A DNA stretch of 64,000 bases, from positions 186,001 through 250,000 of the forward strand of contig NIVC01001037.1 in NCBI GenBank assembly GCA_002269645.1, read 5' to 3'. The notes beneath the pieces were generated by a model that was given only the letters and a program-made list of their open reading frames with translations, did not search any database and was not told the origin of the DNA. The DNA is from Macrostomum lignano (lineage: Eukaryota). Shown here piece by piece: positions 1 to 18,590 of the stretch (the first letter of the stretch is position 1; the number at the start of each line of letters is the position of its first letter). The position numbers were made by a program, and so were the translations under genes.

Positions 1-531
1 TTCAGCAGCTTCCTGGCGGATCAGGACGCCCGGCACCATCGAATCACGCCTCTCTACCCTCCGGCAAACGGCGCAACGGAGCGGTGCAACTAGGGGCTAA
101 ACAAGGCCATTCGCGCGGCGGTCCTCGAAGGTCGGCACTGGACGCTGGCCTTGGAGGAATACCTGGCAGCGTACAGGCGCACTCCACACTGCACCACAGG
201 CGTCGCAGCAGACCACGCCATCCGTCCGGGCGACCGCGTTCTGAGGCGTCTGCAATCCCGGCAGAAGACCGACGCCTTCTATGAGTCAGTACCATAAACT
301 GTGGCCGAGGTCCAGGGCGACTCCCTGCTCATGCAGCGCGACGACGTCGTCTGCCGCAGGCATGCCACGCAGGTCAAGCGGCTGTCCGAGCAGTCTAAGC
401 AGTCCGATGAGAAGCCGCTCTTGCCGCCTGGCCTCCCTGAGCCCATGGAGCCGATCGCCGCCCGGCCGCATCCCCGGCAAGCAAAGGACCCGGAGAGGAA
501 CTACAAAGAGCCCGACCTGCGCAGAAGCTGA
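1..531 (+). mobile_element. Ty3/gypsy (K02A2.6-like) LTR-retrotransposon integrase C-terminal remnant, inactivated
   Basis: Frame 1 reads FSSFLADQDARHHRITPLYPPANGATERCN*GLNKAIRAAVLEGRHWTLALEEYLAAYRRTPHCTTG. This matches the integrase core end (TPxYP.ANG..ER.N...K..L...L..YR.TPH.TTG). It has an in-frame TAG at 91-93 and later frameshifts. The element continues off the left edge. Confidence 0.8.
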
Positions 532-666
532 TCGACTTGATTTACTGACTGTCTCTTAAATGGACTGCATATGCACGAACTGTTAGTCACTTTTTATGGT
601 TCCCTTTGTGTTTTCCCCGTTACTTTTAATCCACTCGAGGAGGATGTCGACGCCCATCCACCCATC

Positions 667-880
667 CACATACCTCAAGACAGGTAGACAACCATCCACA
701 TACCTCAAGACAATTAGAAACCCATCCAAATACCTCAAGACAGGTAGACAACCACCCACATACCTCAAGACAGGTAGACAACCATCCACATACCTCAGGA
801 CAGGTAGACAACCATTCCAATGCCCCAAATACCTCAGGACAGGTAGACAAACACACTCCAATGCTCCACGTACCTTAAGA
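667..880. repeat. 30-bp minisatellite (CACATACCTCAAGACAGGTAGACAACCATC)
   Basis: Degenerate tandem copies are directly visible. Confidence 0.85.
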
Positions 881-1182
881 CAGGCAGACACCCTCTCATA
901 TACCCTAGACGTAAAGACACTCATTGCACTACCTGAGTACAAAGCGTCTTCAACATCAGGTGCGGCTTGTGGTGCGCGGCGCCGACACTTCGGTCTTTGT
1001 TGCTTCCGACGCGATGAGACCATCGTTCTCACATTAACTGCAGCTGAAATCGCACAGGACAGAGGCTCGAATCTGTGCAGCGTGAGTAACGCTGGGATCC
1101 AGTTCATATTTATTAGCGAGACAAAGAACCCCAACCAATTAGCCAATAAGCCAGAGTTTCTAATTTCGGAGCCACACCCACA

Positions 1183-2062
1183 TTTTGGAGCTGATTGCAT
1201 CCCAATATGGAGCTGATTGCACCCCCACAATGGAGCTGATTGCACCCCAATATGGAGCTGATTGCACCCCACATTATCGAGCTGATTGCACCCACACAAT
1301 GAAGCTGATTGCAACCCATATTATGGAGCTGATTGCACCCCACATTATGGAGCTGATTGCACCCCAATATGGAGCTGATTGCACCCCACATTATGGAGCT
1401 GATTGCACCCCACATTATGGAGCTGATTGCACCCATACTAAGGAGCTGATTGCACCCCAATATGGAGCTGATTGCAACCCATATTTTGGAGATGATTGCA
1501 CCCCACATTATGGAGCTGATTGCACCCCACATTATGGAGCTGATTGCAACCCATATTTTGGAGATGATTGCACCCCACATTATGGAGCTGATTGCACCCC
1601 AATATGGAGCTGATTGCAACCCATATTTTGGAGACGATTGCACCCCACATTATGGAGCTGATTGCACCCACACTATGGAGCTGATTGCACCCCACATTAT
1701 GGAGCTGATTGCACCCACACTATGGAGCTGATTGCACCCCACATTATGGAGCTGATTGCACCCACACTATGGAGCTGATTGCACCACACAATTGAGCTGA
1801 TTGCACCCATACTAAGGAGCTGATTGCACCCATACTAAGGAGCTGATTGCACCCCAATATGGAGCTGATTGCAACCCATATTTTGGAGATGATTGCACTC
1901 CACATTATGGAGCTGATTGCACCCCACATTATGGAGCTGATTGCAACCCATATTTTGGAGATGATTGCACCCCACATTATGGAGCTGATTGCACCCCACT
2001 ATGGAGCTGATTGCACCCCCACAATGGAGCTGATTGCACCCCACATTATGGAGCTGATTGAA
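1183..2062. repeat. ~22-25-bp minisatellite (core ATGGAGCTGATTGCACCCC...)
   Basis: Dozens of tandem copies with a constant core and variable spacer (cacatt, aat, cacact, atattttggagat). Confidence 0.95.
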
Positions 2063-2520
2063 CCATTTTGCACTATTGCGACACTGAATGATTGTCTCGA
2101 GCTTCTCTGCGTCACTGACACCAAGTTTGACAGCGCCGTTAGCCCTCTGACGGTCCTGCACGCGCACAAAAAAGCTGAACTGCACAAGCCAGCGAGCTGC
2201 TTAGCAAACTGTAAACGTTTAAGTCTTTCCTTCAAAACTGTACGCTTAAAAGGGCTGTTTCGCATTCACTAAACAGCCGTCGAGCGTTGCTGCAGCCCGA
2301 CAGGCAACCCCCTCTCCACTCTGCTCGGGCGAGCGAGAGAAAACTGCAAAACAGACGCAGGTGGGCGAGAGGCAGGGCTGGCCGGGCCTTGGCAACCAGA
2401 ACAGAAAAGGCAGAGCTGAAAAAATTCTAAGTTGCTTCTTGCGCTTCATCCAGATGAGTGTCGGCTTTTATCCGAATTCGAGCTTTTAGACAGCACACAG
2501 ATTAACAGCTCGGTCCAAGG

Positions 2521-8113
<5,593 letters not shown>

Positions 8114-8649
8114 CCAGCAAATGCTGACGTTGCTCCGCCCAACAGTCGGGTGGATGTGCTCATTGGCGGCTGCAACGACGATGCCACCTGCCGTGACAGC
8201 GGCCGAGTGCGGCTGCGGCTGCCGCGGTTGCAGACGATGAGGTCAGGCCGCTAGCATGCGGTTGTGCGTATGCAGTCACTGCTGCCCATAAGCTGTTGAA
8301 TGTGATGGTTCAACTTTATTCGGGCTGGTTTATGTAGTTTTGACAGGTTATTAGTCATATAGTGCTCATGCTTTACGATATACAGAGAGATTGTCATTGA
8401 TTAAATTTTACTAAAAAAATAACACACAAAGCAACATTGTACTCGTATTTAATGCGACGGGTTTCGGTCTGCCTTTACCATTTTCAAAAAGTTTATACTA
8501 ATAACAGTGGCTATCCAAAGGTATTATCAAAACTGGAAAAGTGGCTGAAAAAGTTCCTGGAATGGAGATAAGAAGATCAAAGAGACCAGTAAATTCTGAT
8601 GTTATTCTGCCGTTAGTTATTCTGCCATTCGTTTGTGTTGCGTCTTAGC

Positions 8650-9170
8650 AGTTGAAGAAGAAGAAGAAGAAAAACAACAAACAAACCTCACGCCGGCAAC
8701 AAGTGGCCTCAGATGGGGTGTCAGAGCGCACGCCTTTGGGTCGCACTCCTAAAAAGTCAGCTCCCCAAGTCAGAGGCGGAGTAGGGGCTCGCGCATCGCA
8801 CATAAGAAGCTCGGGGTACGCTCGTAGCGCGTCGTTCGCCCCCTGGTCTTGTCTCCGCTGCGCCGCCGTCCACAATAGCAGGTCGTGTAACGGCTTGCGG
8901 CAGCGACTCTCCGATCGGATGACGCGGCCAGCGAGCCTGAGTCGCCTTCTTGCGCAGCAGGTCAGAATGCCGCGTTATGAGGGCCCCACTGTAGAGCACG
9001 ACGAGCCCGGGCCGCAGCGCACACCGAACGCAGAGCGCAGCATCGCAGAGTGCGTTGTGTCCAGCTACTTCTCCAGAGCATCCGTCAGGGTCCAGGTCTC
9101 AGGGTTGTGGAGCAAAACAGCCTTGAAGACAGTAGGGATCTTCTACTGTGGATGCTGGTTTATCTATTCT
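8650..9170 (-). mobile_element. 5'-truncated RTE-clade non-LTR retrotransposon 3' end
   Basis: The minus strand reads VLLHNPETWTLTDALEK*LDNTHSAMLRSAF..RRLRLAGRVIRS..PLHDLLLW..YPELLMCD, matching the RTE RT C-terminal consensus (LLYGSETWTLT..LE.RLD...RRLR.AGH..R...LLLW). It ends in a (TTC)n tail at about 8650-8670. Confidence 0.75.
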
Positions 9171-10130
9171 CTTGTCTTCTGATCTCTGACTGCCCCTGAT
9201 TTCCCGTTTCGTCCTTTCAACCACCCTCGTATGTTACCTCGTATGGTGGTGTGACAATTTCCATTTATTTCTTTTGCAATTTAAAGCCTGCACTAATTAA
9301 TTACTATGTTGATTTGAGTTTTCATTTTCCAGCATTGATAAAGCGAAGTACGAGCGTAAAGTCCCACATTACAAATTCGAGCGTATACTCAATAACAGTC
9401 AATAGTTCCTCACTGCGAGTTACACAACTTATGGCATGCTAAAGTTTATTGTCACACTGGTAGGGCCTTCGCTTGTGTGTGTAAAGGTAAAAAGTCCAAT
9501 TTACAGACATGATTGCTAATTTTTTGCGGCAAATGATGAATGCTGGATGATGGCGAGCTGTTGGAATGCTCAAAGTCGGTGAACCCCATCGAGCCTGTCT
9601 GGGACTTCTCAAGCGCAGCATACGAGAAATAGTCCACTGAAGAAAGGTGTGCAGCTGCTCCAGACCATTGCAGATGCTTGACAGAACCTTCGTCAGGACT
9701 TTCTGTGCCGCCTCATCAGGTGAGGATCCCGTGTAGAGTCGTGTCAAAGCTCTTATTTAGGAGTTGAGTTGCGAAAAACGTGAGGAAAATGAAGAAAGTC
9801 CCTTATCGTTTGATTAATTGCGACAGATTTCTGACGTCACAGACAAGTGCGAGATTATTTAGCTTTTGTATTTGTTATTTGTATTAGAAACTGTTCATTA
9901 TCAAGAAAAGCTAGATGGATGACAAGGGTGTTAATGAATCGATAAAAAACTGAACAAATATCACAAAAAATCATTTATTTTTCACTAAAGATCGCCTAAA
10001 TTAAATTGCCCTTCAATTGGGTTTGAAACCAGTTTAACAATAACGTACATGTACAAAGCAGTTTTGTTTGAATGAGTTGATTTAATAGTAGTGCCTGCCT
10101 ACAGCCCTAATGCAGATCCATGCAGTCGGA

Positions 10131-12027
10131 TTAGTATCCGGGCGTGCGCCAGATGCAGAAGATGTACTTTCCCAGGCGGAAAATGAACGAATAGCCCGGC
10201 TCGTGCGAGTACCAGCACCAGAACTGGCCGTTGATGATCACCACGTGCCACAGGCGCTCCATCTTGGCGTCGCACTGCTGTTTGATGTACTTGGCCATGT
10301 CCTGGCGGTTTGAAATGTTGATTTTTATTATATTAATTGTGAAGTTAAACGGTAGGGGGGGGGGCGCAACCTAGTTGTCTAGCGCGGCGCTCTGATGTGC
10401 CAGCGGCCTAGACTCGATTCCAAGTGCAGTCGCATTAGTTTGGGGCTAAATTTGAATCTCGGCTTTGCTCTGCTCGTGCATAAAACGCCCTTGAGGGCCA
10501 AACCTCAAGGCACAGTGAAGTGTACATGCCTAACAATAACGGGGTTGTAGTCTAGTGGTGAGAGCATTGGATTCACGACTTGAAAGTCAGGGGTTCGATT
10601 TCCAATTCCACTGGAACATTTATGTCCTTGAGCAAGACACTAACTCTGCACTGGTTCAATTCACCCCAGCTGTAAAATGAGTACCAGCATTAGCTGGGGC
10701 AATTGTGGATGGTTGTGGCGACCCCCCAGTCCCTGGACTGAACAGCCGTACGCAGACTTCAGATGCGCCGCGCAATGGCTGCGGCTGAGCTGTCGGTTGC
10801 ACATCTGGCCCAGCTGGGGCAGGTGCAATCAATTATTATTATTATTATTACTATCGTTAAATAAAGTTAGGGCTGCTGTACACTCCTGTGTGTGTGTACC
10901 TGTGCGTATGACTGCGTACGCATCTGGGCGCTTGTGTGCCTGCTCAGGGGAGGGGAGTAATGCCTTTCACCGGTTGTGTGACAATGTCGCTTAAAGTTCA
11001 CCAGGGTGCAACCAGCCTCCGGACTCTGAAAACAATGATTAACGCTAAGCAGCTTTTGATTATAATTGCTGCTCACCTTCTCCATGCTGTTGAGCCGTTG
11101 TCCGTCGCGTACAATCTCGATGATTCGCAGCTGCAGCTCCAGGGTCATATCGGAGGAGATCACCGTGATGTCGCTTGGCAGGCTTCCAGAGCGCATTTTG
11201 GCGATGTAATCTGCCTTGACCTTCTTGGCCTCGAGGCCCAGGGTCTGGCAGTACTCATCCAGGGTGATGGTGCCGGAATTGTCCGAGTCAAACAGCTTCA
11301 GCCATTTCTGCAATTTTTTGAAGCAGCCATGGAAATTGTTCCGAGTGGTGGCGATATACAATTAAAGTTAGCAATTTTGCTCATTGCACCATCTTCCCTT
11401 GAATACATGTAGTTATTAATAATACTGTTCGTCAAGATTCGTCCCATGATGGGGTGTTTTTGGCTATGAAAACTGTGTTGAAATTGACTCTCCATAAGAA
11501 ATCGGATTGAAAGATTAGAAGCTGCAACTGAAAGCTGCTAGTCTGTAAAATCTGCGAATACTTGTTTAAAAGCAAAACATTGATTTTAAACCAGAGGTGT
11601 CAAGTTAAATTGGGGAGAGGCCTCTCACGCCACGATCCCTGGTCCGATTACGTGTGCAACCAAATTCATTTGGGGCTTTTGCACGAAAATTGGCTGTCGT
11701 TGGGTTGTCGTACGATTCACACCCATGAATTCCAGCCCTTAAGACACAGTGACCATGTACATGTACAATAGACAAGGATGGTGTACACCCTGTGTGAGTG
11801 TGTGTATGAGTGCATGCTTGCGTACAGGCGCTGGTTCTGTGACGATATTCACTGTCTGAACCCGGGTGTTAATTCAGCCCCAAAAATGCTTCACAAACGC
11901 ATCTCACCCGAACGAAAGCTTCATCATAGTTGTTTTGGCGCATGTAGCGAGTGAGCTGAGCACTGGTGATCTCGCCCTTGCCCTCAGTGTCGATGGCGAA
12001 GTAGGCGTCGATGAAGGCGTCAGTCAT
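10131..12027 (-). CDS. Tegument allergen-like (TAL) protein: two EF-hands plus C-terminal dynein light chain-like domain, 173 aa
   Basis: Exons 12027-11908 (MTDAFIDAYFAIDTEGKGEITSAQLTRYMRQNNYDEAFVR), 11307-11077 (KWLKLFDSDNSGTITLDEYCQTLG...SSDMTLELQLRIIEIVRDGQRLNSMEK) and 10301-10131 (DMAKYIKQQCDAKMERLWHVVIINGQFWCWYSHEPGYSFIFRLGKYIFCIWRTPGY*). All junctions are phase 0 GT-AG. EF loops are DTEGKGEITSAQL and DSDNSGTITLDEY; the DLC signature is A.YIK..D....WHV.I..G.F...H. Confidence 0.92.
10541..10850 (+). mobile_element. tRNA-derived SINE (full length) in TAL intron 2
   Basis: A tRNA-like head with A/B boxes (TAGTCTAGTGG; GGTTCGATT), a CORE-like body (GTCCTTGAGCAAGACACT..CAGCTGTAAAATGAGTACC) and an (ATT)n tail. 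Homologous copies lie at 35226-35395, 43674-43790 and 44258-44563. Confidence 0.8.
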
Positions 12028-13767
12028 GGTGACGGCTCCTGCTGTGGTGTCCCTAAAAATTGATGCTGTAAAAATCGGAAGCGTTAGGCGAAATTGCGAA
12101 GCAATTTCTACATGCAAGAATTCAAATAATAAATATTTGAGCTTACCGAAACACAAATATTTCTGCTCAGAATTGGAGGGGCGTTCGCTTCCTAGTTTCT
12201 ATCGCGCGTGGCCGCCTTCTTAGTCAGAGCGGGCCGCCTGTTATAGAGAATCTCGGGTCACTCCCAGCGTCTGAAAATGCTGCCGTTGCAAGGAATGAAA
12301 GTAGAGAGAGGAGTGAGTGAATGGCTCTGAGGCATGCAGACTCATTTGAGAACAAGCGCAGTGCATGCTCACGGCCTGAGAAAGGGTGAGAGGGTGAGCA
12401 CTCAATTACCTCAGCCTAGCCAAAGGGCTTCTAGTAGTTCAGATTCGGTCGCAGAGTCGCTCGCAATGCACAGAGTTAGGACTGGGGCTCGCTCGAACAA
12501 TAGCAGAAAGGCAGTGGAACAGACTGAGACAGATGGAGAGGGGGAGGTTGGTTGCTAGCTTTTGATGGCATCCAAATAGAATAGTGGCTCGCAGCATAAG
12601 CTTTTGCACCGAAGAAAAACGTAATCTACGGGCCATAAAACCATTTTAAGCTTACAGCATGCAGACTCATGGAAATATGCGACAGTGGATTTTACAATCA
12701 TTTTTATAGATAGATGATACTCGGAGGTTCAATGGGTTCTTTAACAGCATAGGCTAATTCTTGAGAGACTGGCTGAAGATGTCCAACAGTTGAAATTTGT
12801 CCACTGTAGGGGGTTGATCAGCAAAACTAGAGAAATTCACATCAGGATGTACATAGTCCCCTGGTGCCCACCTGTTGAAAGTCCAGAAGCTCCGCCTGGG
12901 TGAAAGCCAGTGGCAACGAAGTCACAGCTGGTGCAGACACATGCGGTCTATACGTGATGATGAAATTTAAAGGCTTGGCAAGACTGCACTGAGGCGCAGT
13001 GCTGATCAGCGCACAGAGTTGTATTGAATACACTAGCTTTATGGGAAAAATCCGATCTTCTGGAAGAATCGTTGAATAATTCGACAGTCTAGAGAGCTAT
13101 CGACTTGATTCTTGCTAAGAAAGTTTACTGGTGTTCTTGAACTTCCTGTGCCTGCGTTGCTTCTTTCCGGTGTAACAGAAAAAAATGTCATGAGAGGATA
13201 TCCCCCCTTTTGTAGTTCTTCTGTTAAGTTGATATTTACCTGCAATAAACCATAGGGTCTTCCTAAGAGTTCTCTCTACTCAAATTTACTGCGCATGCGA
13301 CGAGCTTTTTCCTTTTGCTGTCTTTGCGGCCCAATTAACAGAATTACCAGATTATCAGAATGTCACTCCGCCTCCAAGGACTCTGGCATTTGCCTCTTAT
13401 CTTACATAGCGCAATGCCTTCGGCGACATCGTCTCACACAGCCAGCGCTGAGGCAGTTCTGCCGACTCCGCTGACTCCTGAGCACAAATTGTACAAGCGC
13501 CAGTGAGCACAAGCCCCAAATGAATGTGGCCAGAAATCGAACCGGTGTCATCTCTCATCCGATGTCATAAGCCAGCCCAACTAGCACACGTCGATCCTTT
13601 CTGAGCCTTTTTATTGTCAGGACAACTTGACCGATTTTTTAAAGTGAGCATTGAGTCTTCTGATTGCTTGAGCTCGTTGCCACCTAAAACTATAGAGAGA
13701 AAAGGGATTACGAGCGATTACTCTGATCTCCAGGATGTTTGACTCCAAAAAGTTGACATCAGATAGA

Positions 13768-13961
13768 GGGCCGTATGCAGAAAGCTCTGTCTAGGGTAGT
13801 CCGGTCTTGAAAAGCTAGTCAGGACTTGGATTTGGTATGCAGAAACACAAAGTTAGACCGGTCTACTATAGACAGAACTAGGGTAGCTGGACCATAGACT
13901 ATAGACTGAACTACCCAAGTCCGGACTAGCTAGTCTGGACTAGGCTTTCTGCATACGGCCC
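13768..13961. mobile_element. MITE with GGGCCGTATGCAGAAAGC terminal inverted repeats (PIF/Harbinger-like ends)
   Basis: TIRs at both ends. A second copy in opposite orientation lies at 15310-15494. The element is absent from the matching position of duplication copy B (about 20150). Confidence 0.8.
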
Positions 13962-14372
13962 ATATAACCCTACAATAAGAATTTAGAAAACCTAAAGGCT
14001 GAACTACGTAAACAAAACAGAAAAGTATTGAAATAAATAATTGCTACTAGCAGTAGTTAGGTAAAGGTGCAGGGAGAAAGGTTCAGAAAGTCTGTCTTAG
14101 TGGGTGCCCACGTCTCTAGGTGGGCGCCTCTACCCCTGTCACCTTAGGCCGGTAGATGCCACGTCCAAGAGGTGGCAAAAGTTGAGCTCCTGCATGCGTT
14201 AAACTTGGTTGCCTCTTTCAATTAGTTTTTGATCGGGAGCGGAATTTTTGTGGGGGGGGATTGTGTGCCTCCTGGCCTCCCTCTGCCTGCCCCCCACACT
14301 GGTTGGATGCAGCCAAATCCAATGAATTTTTGCGATTAGTACTACTGTAAGTACTACTACCTTTGTTTATTC

Positions 14373-15136
14373 GGAGTGGATTTCATGAAGCCACTTGTCA
14401 GACAAATCGACAAGTGACAAGTGACAATTTGTCAAGCGCTATCCTGGCCACTTGTAAAAATAGACTACGCTTTTGTCGCCAAACAATCACTGGGATTCTG
14501 TGGAGCACATGGCATTTGAATGAAATTTGACCAGTGGTCCATGCACTTGTCAAGTGTGCATTCAAGCTTCACTATCAGTTTTGCGAGCGATCAGCGGGAT
14601 GTTTAGCGATATTGAGGATGAGGACGATTGGTTGTTTCAACAAGAAGGGCCGGTGCAGCGAATCTTCAAAGAAAGAATCAATTTTCACCCTCGTGGACTG
14701 GACTTTTCGGAAAGATTTCGCCTCTCCGCAGAACAAGTGGAGAGTCTGCTGGAGTCAGTTGGTCCCGTGTTAACATTTGACTCGTTAAGAAAAGGTGCCT
14801 TGACCGCAAAGGAAGGCGTCTTTGTCATTCATTTAAAATAGGGAAAAATGTGTCAGATGACGAGATTAAAGATGCAGAAAAGCCTGTTCACTCAAACTAA
14901 AAATAGATCTTAATTCGACAGTCTATGGGCCAAACCGAAGAGATCGGCTAACAAACTAAGCGATAGTATCTACGCATTTTGGCCCATAGACATGAGTTTC
15001 GAGCCAGTACTTTCGAGAATTGCCAATCATTTTGTAAAAGCTTTATGAAACCGAAGTAACTACAATTTGTCACTTGTCATTTGTCGCTTGTCAAATTGTC
15101 ACTTGTCACTTGTAGTTTTCTCATGAAATCTACCCC
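14373..15136 (+). mobile_element. Internally deleted PIF/Harbinger-type DNA transposon
   Basis: Imperfect TIRs GG(A/G)GT(G/A)GATTTCATGA with subterminal GACAAGT repeats at both ends. The internal frame reads MFSDIEDEDD..VQRIFKERINF..DFSERFRLSAEQVESLLESVGPVL..LRKGALTAKE, resembling the N-terminus of HARBI1-type transposases. Confidence 0.7.
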
Positions 15137-15309
15137 GGAGTGGGTAGACGAATTCAGTGCTTGTGAATAACAGAGGCTCTATCCAAACAGACCCAGTTAA
15201 AACTTCAGTCAGCTACCGTAAACTTTCGCTAATTACATATACGTAGCTCGTATTTCAGATTATCGATTAAAAAGCATGGAAAATTATGACCTTTGTTCAT
15301 CGACTCTAT

Positions 15310-15494
15310 CGGCCGTATGCAGAAAGCTTAGTCCAGTCCGGACTTGGGTAGTTCAGTCTATAGTCTATGGTCTAGCTACCTTAGTTCTGTCTATAGTAGA
15401 CCGGTCTAACTTTGTGTTTCTGCATACCAAATCCAAGTCCAGACTAGCTTCTCAAGACCGGACTACCCTAGACAGAGCTTTCTGCATACTGCCC
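15310..15494. mobile_element. Second copy (inverted) of the GGGCCGTATGCAGAAAGC MITE
   Basis: Reverse complement of 13768-13961 with few differences. Confidence 0.8.
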
Positions 15495-15867
15495 TATACG
15501 GGCCTACGGTGCGTGCTTACTCTCTTTTGAAATATTAAATTCAATCGAATTTCTTTGATATGCTATCGATCTGCATGAAATGCATTGCTCCAGCTGGTAA
15601 TAAATCATTAGTTCGACCGACCGCAGATTAAATTCGATTGCGTGCTGTCAAATAAGAGCGCAGTACCTTGAACTTAATTCATTAAGTATGCACCTGTTGT
15701 GACTGTAGCTCGGTTAAATTTGATTGCGTGCCTTCGAATGACAGCACATTACTTGATATTATTTCATTAAGCATGCAAGCATTGGGAGACCAGATCAATT
15801 AAATTTCATTGCTTGCCTTCGAATAAGAGCAAATCACCCGGGACTACGAGCGCACATCATCGAACAT

Positions 15868-16832
15868 TTGACTTACTTGATTTGACTTAGCTGCAGGGCG
15901 GTCCAAAGACGCAACAGGGAGGCGAGCGTCGTCCACTCCGCTAATCCCTGAAGAGCCTGCATAGGCTAGGGCGCGGGGCCGGTCAGGGAGGTCTGCCAGT
16001 CCTGTCTGCAGCGTTGTCTTCGGTGGGGAAGACGGAGGCTCGTTTAGTTGCCCGGAGGAACCGGATGAGCCGTGGGATGTTCTCGGGCCGGCAGGCGTCG
16101 TCCAGGGACGGGTTGGGCCCGAGCTGTAGTGGAGCCAGTCTCGGTTGAGGACTGGGCAGTAGCAGAGGAAGTGCTTGGTGCCTTCGTTCTCGAGGTTGCA
16201 GAGGGGGCAGAGTTCACTCCGGCGGATGCCTCGGAGGAACAGTGCCTGGCAAAGCAACCGTGACCCGTGAAGGTCATCGTTAGAGCGCAGATATATTTTC
16301 GATTTTGGTTCACAAAGATTTTCCGCAACTTGAGGGACGGGTTGGGCACTGCCGCCCGGGATTGGCGGCAGTCAGTAATACCGTCCCATCTGCGTAGGTG
16401 CAGGATATCCGCCCAGTCGTTAATCTGACGTTTAATGACCGCGGCGGGGGATGGGGGCCATAGGCACGGGGCCAAGGAGCCAGCTGGAACTGCCCGTCTT
16501 AGCGAGGGAGTCAGCGAGCTCGTTACCTTTGAAACCGGCGTGTCCTGGGATCCACGTGAGCTGGACGGTGTTCTCCGAGCCAGCTTGTTGAGCTGCCCGA
16601 TACAGTCACGGACTGTTCGGGAGTTCGTAATGGTGTGACACAGGGCCTGCAAGGCAGCCTGGCTGTCAGAGTGGAAGAAGATTCTTCTGCCTTTGAAGTA
16701 CGTGCGGGGCTCAGCAGCACAGGAGCTGATGGCGAGGACTTCGTTTTGGAAGACACTGGAGAGTCTACCGGTGTGTTGGGTGTGAGTTGCGATCACGCGG
16801 CTGTTGATAAGGATGCAGCCACCAAAGCCGGA
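15868..16832 (-). mobile_element. 5'-truncated RNase H-containing non-LTR retrotransposon (I/R1/Loa-like group) with 12-bp target-site duplication
   Basis: RNase H motifs (SVFQNEVLAI..IFFHSDSQAALQAL..WIPGHAGFKGNELAD across a frameshift) and a C-terminal CCHC knuckle (CPLCNLENEGTKHFLCYCP). The direct repeat ATCATCGAACAT flanks it at 15856-15867 and 16833-16844. Confidence 0.85.
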
Positions 16833-16942
16833 ATCATCGAACATGCATCCATTGGGAACATATGCACTTGTAGATATAATTCGATCACATGTCCTCGAAT
16901 GAGAGCATATTATAGATACCCGAGATTAACACATCTTTGCTA

Positions 16943-17291
16943 CGCCTTTTTACTTTCTTGATTTTGAAAAATCTTCACTCAATATTGACGTCTTTGCATT
17001 CAATTTCGACAGTCTGTGGTATCGCTTGTTGAAATGTTCAAACTATAGACGGCGAGACAGAGGCACTGTTTTGTACCCCAGTGTCAAAATTGAATGCACA
17101 CTGTCAAAATTGCTAGCAAATTGTTAATAAAGGTTGGAGTTTGTCATTTTCGGTTGAAAATCGTCATGATTGCATTTGATTTTGTCAAAATAGTTTGAAC
17201 ATTTCAACAAGCGATACCACAGACTGTCAAAATTGAAAGCAAAGATGTCAATATTGAGTGCAGATTTTTCAAAATAGAAAGTAAAAAGGCG
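16943..17291. mobile_element. MITE with ~105-bp terminal inverted repeats flanked by TA (Tc1/mariner-like)
   Basis: TA|CGCCTTTTTACTTT...AAAGTAAAAAGGCG|TA. The long arms are reverse complements. Absent at the matching site of copy B (about 22590). Confidence 0.8.
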
Positions 17292-17899
17292 TACATGTAA
17301 TTAAACGCCATGTATGATTGAATCGTAGCTTTCTGTTTTAGGTTACTAAAAGGCTAGCTACTGTGGTTCAGTAGCCGGGTCTACGCTAATATTTACATTT
17401 TTCTATAAAGTTGGAAGTAAAAAGATTTGCGATTCCTATTTTACGAAACGAAAGTTAAATATTGGAGAAATGAAAAGAGTAGCAAGGGGTAATATTGTAA
17501 ATCATTTTAAACAATTAAAACAAATTTAATCGAATAAATTTAAAACAATAAAACAAATATTCGGTGGTTTAAAGAATATGCATAGAATATGTATGTTTGA
17601 AAAGAGAATTCGAGTTTGGTAATGAAAACAAATAAGCAAGATTAAAATCACAGTTCTGATTATTATAAAGAAATACAAGACTGAATTAGCAAGTTGGGAG
17701 GAGAACACCCACCAGTTAGTTTCCAATGGCATTTCTGAGTCTAGTGGTCACAGGGACTCTGTTACTGTTAGTCTTTTAGATCAAGGTCAATGTTATAGAC
17801 CCCTGCAGTGAGAGAAATTTTGTACCACCTTTTGCCCAGATTCTAAATTCTCTCTCCTTGAACCTGTGCATTTTGGTGACTTAATGGAGGTAACTACGC

Positions 17900-18590
17900 T
17901 CGTAGTTTTTGTGCAGGAGGGCGCATCAAAGGATAGCCTGGTTTTGAAGAACCTGGTGTTTTTGGAGTAGCGTGTCCGAAGCGTTGATAAGCTAGAATAG
18001 GTGCACCGTAGGTCATACCACCCTCAACGTAGGACCTGTAGATAAGCCTGGGTGCAAGCTGGGTGATCCTATAGTGTTCCTGGCGATCCTTCTCATGACG
18101 TAGAGCTTGGCCGTCGTGATGCCGGCAGTCTTGGAAATATGTTGTTTGATGTTGGGTTCCTTATCTAGAGTGACACCTAAGAAGGCAGCGGAGTCAAAGT
18201 ATTGAATTTCGTACTGGCTAAGTTCAAGGGTCGGCTTTTCGGGGCCCGTGAAGTGATTACCTTCAAACTTAAAGAAAGAAACAGCCTTTCTTTTGGTTGG
18301 ATTGATAGTGATGCCAGCCAATTTTCAAGATAGCAAAGTAGCTGTTGAGCCTTTTAGCAGACATGCTGGACTTTCTGGCAAGCCCAGACAACAAGGTCGT
18401 CCGCTAATTGGCTCATCCTGACCCGGTTGTCTAGCGGCCAAAGCCCTCGCTGAGAGCCCCACCCACCTGGATTCGAATCTCCTTACCTTCGAGGTAACTG
18501 GAGACGATCCTGACCAAGTTGTGTGGAACATCGCATTCAAGGAACCTATGCCTGAGATAGTCATGCCAGACTCCGTCGAAACGCACCCTT
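17900..18590 (-). mobile_element. Decayed non-LTR retrotransposon reverse transcriptase fragment
   Basis: Across frames: FDGVWHDYLRHRFLECDVPHNLVRIVSSYLEGKEIRIQVGG (RT domains 3-4), ADDLVVW (YADD region) and AFLGVTLDKEPNIKQHI..TYGAPI (thumb). Confidence 0.75.

Noticed and set aside
900-2450. Possible minus-strand exons (about 930-1075 and 2060-2160) between the first minisatellites, divergent from the pseudokinase
   Set aside because: The arrangement resembles repeat-filled introns and some AG/GT sites exist, but no consistent frame or domain could be assembled by eye. RNA-seq would decide it.
9439-9747. 102-aa minus-strand ORF (MTRLYTGSSPDEAAQKVL...)
   Set aside because: No family recognised and no convincing splice partners. 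It needs a BLAST search before any call.
10355-10535. Second possible tRNA-derived SINE head next to the TAL last exon
   Set aside because: The A/B boxes are weak and there is no second copy in the window to confirm it.
10541-10615. Possible tRNA gene
   Set aside because: The stems pair poorly and it continues into a SINE body and tail found four times in the window, so it is a SINE head.
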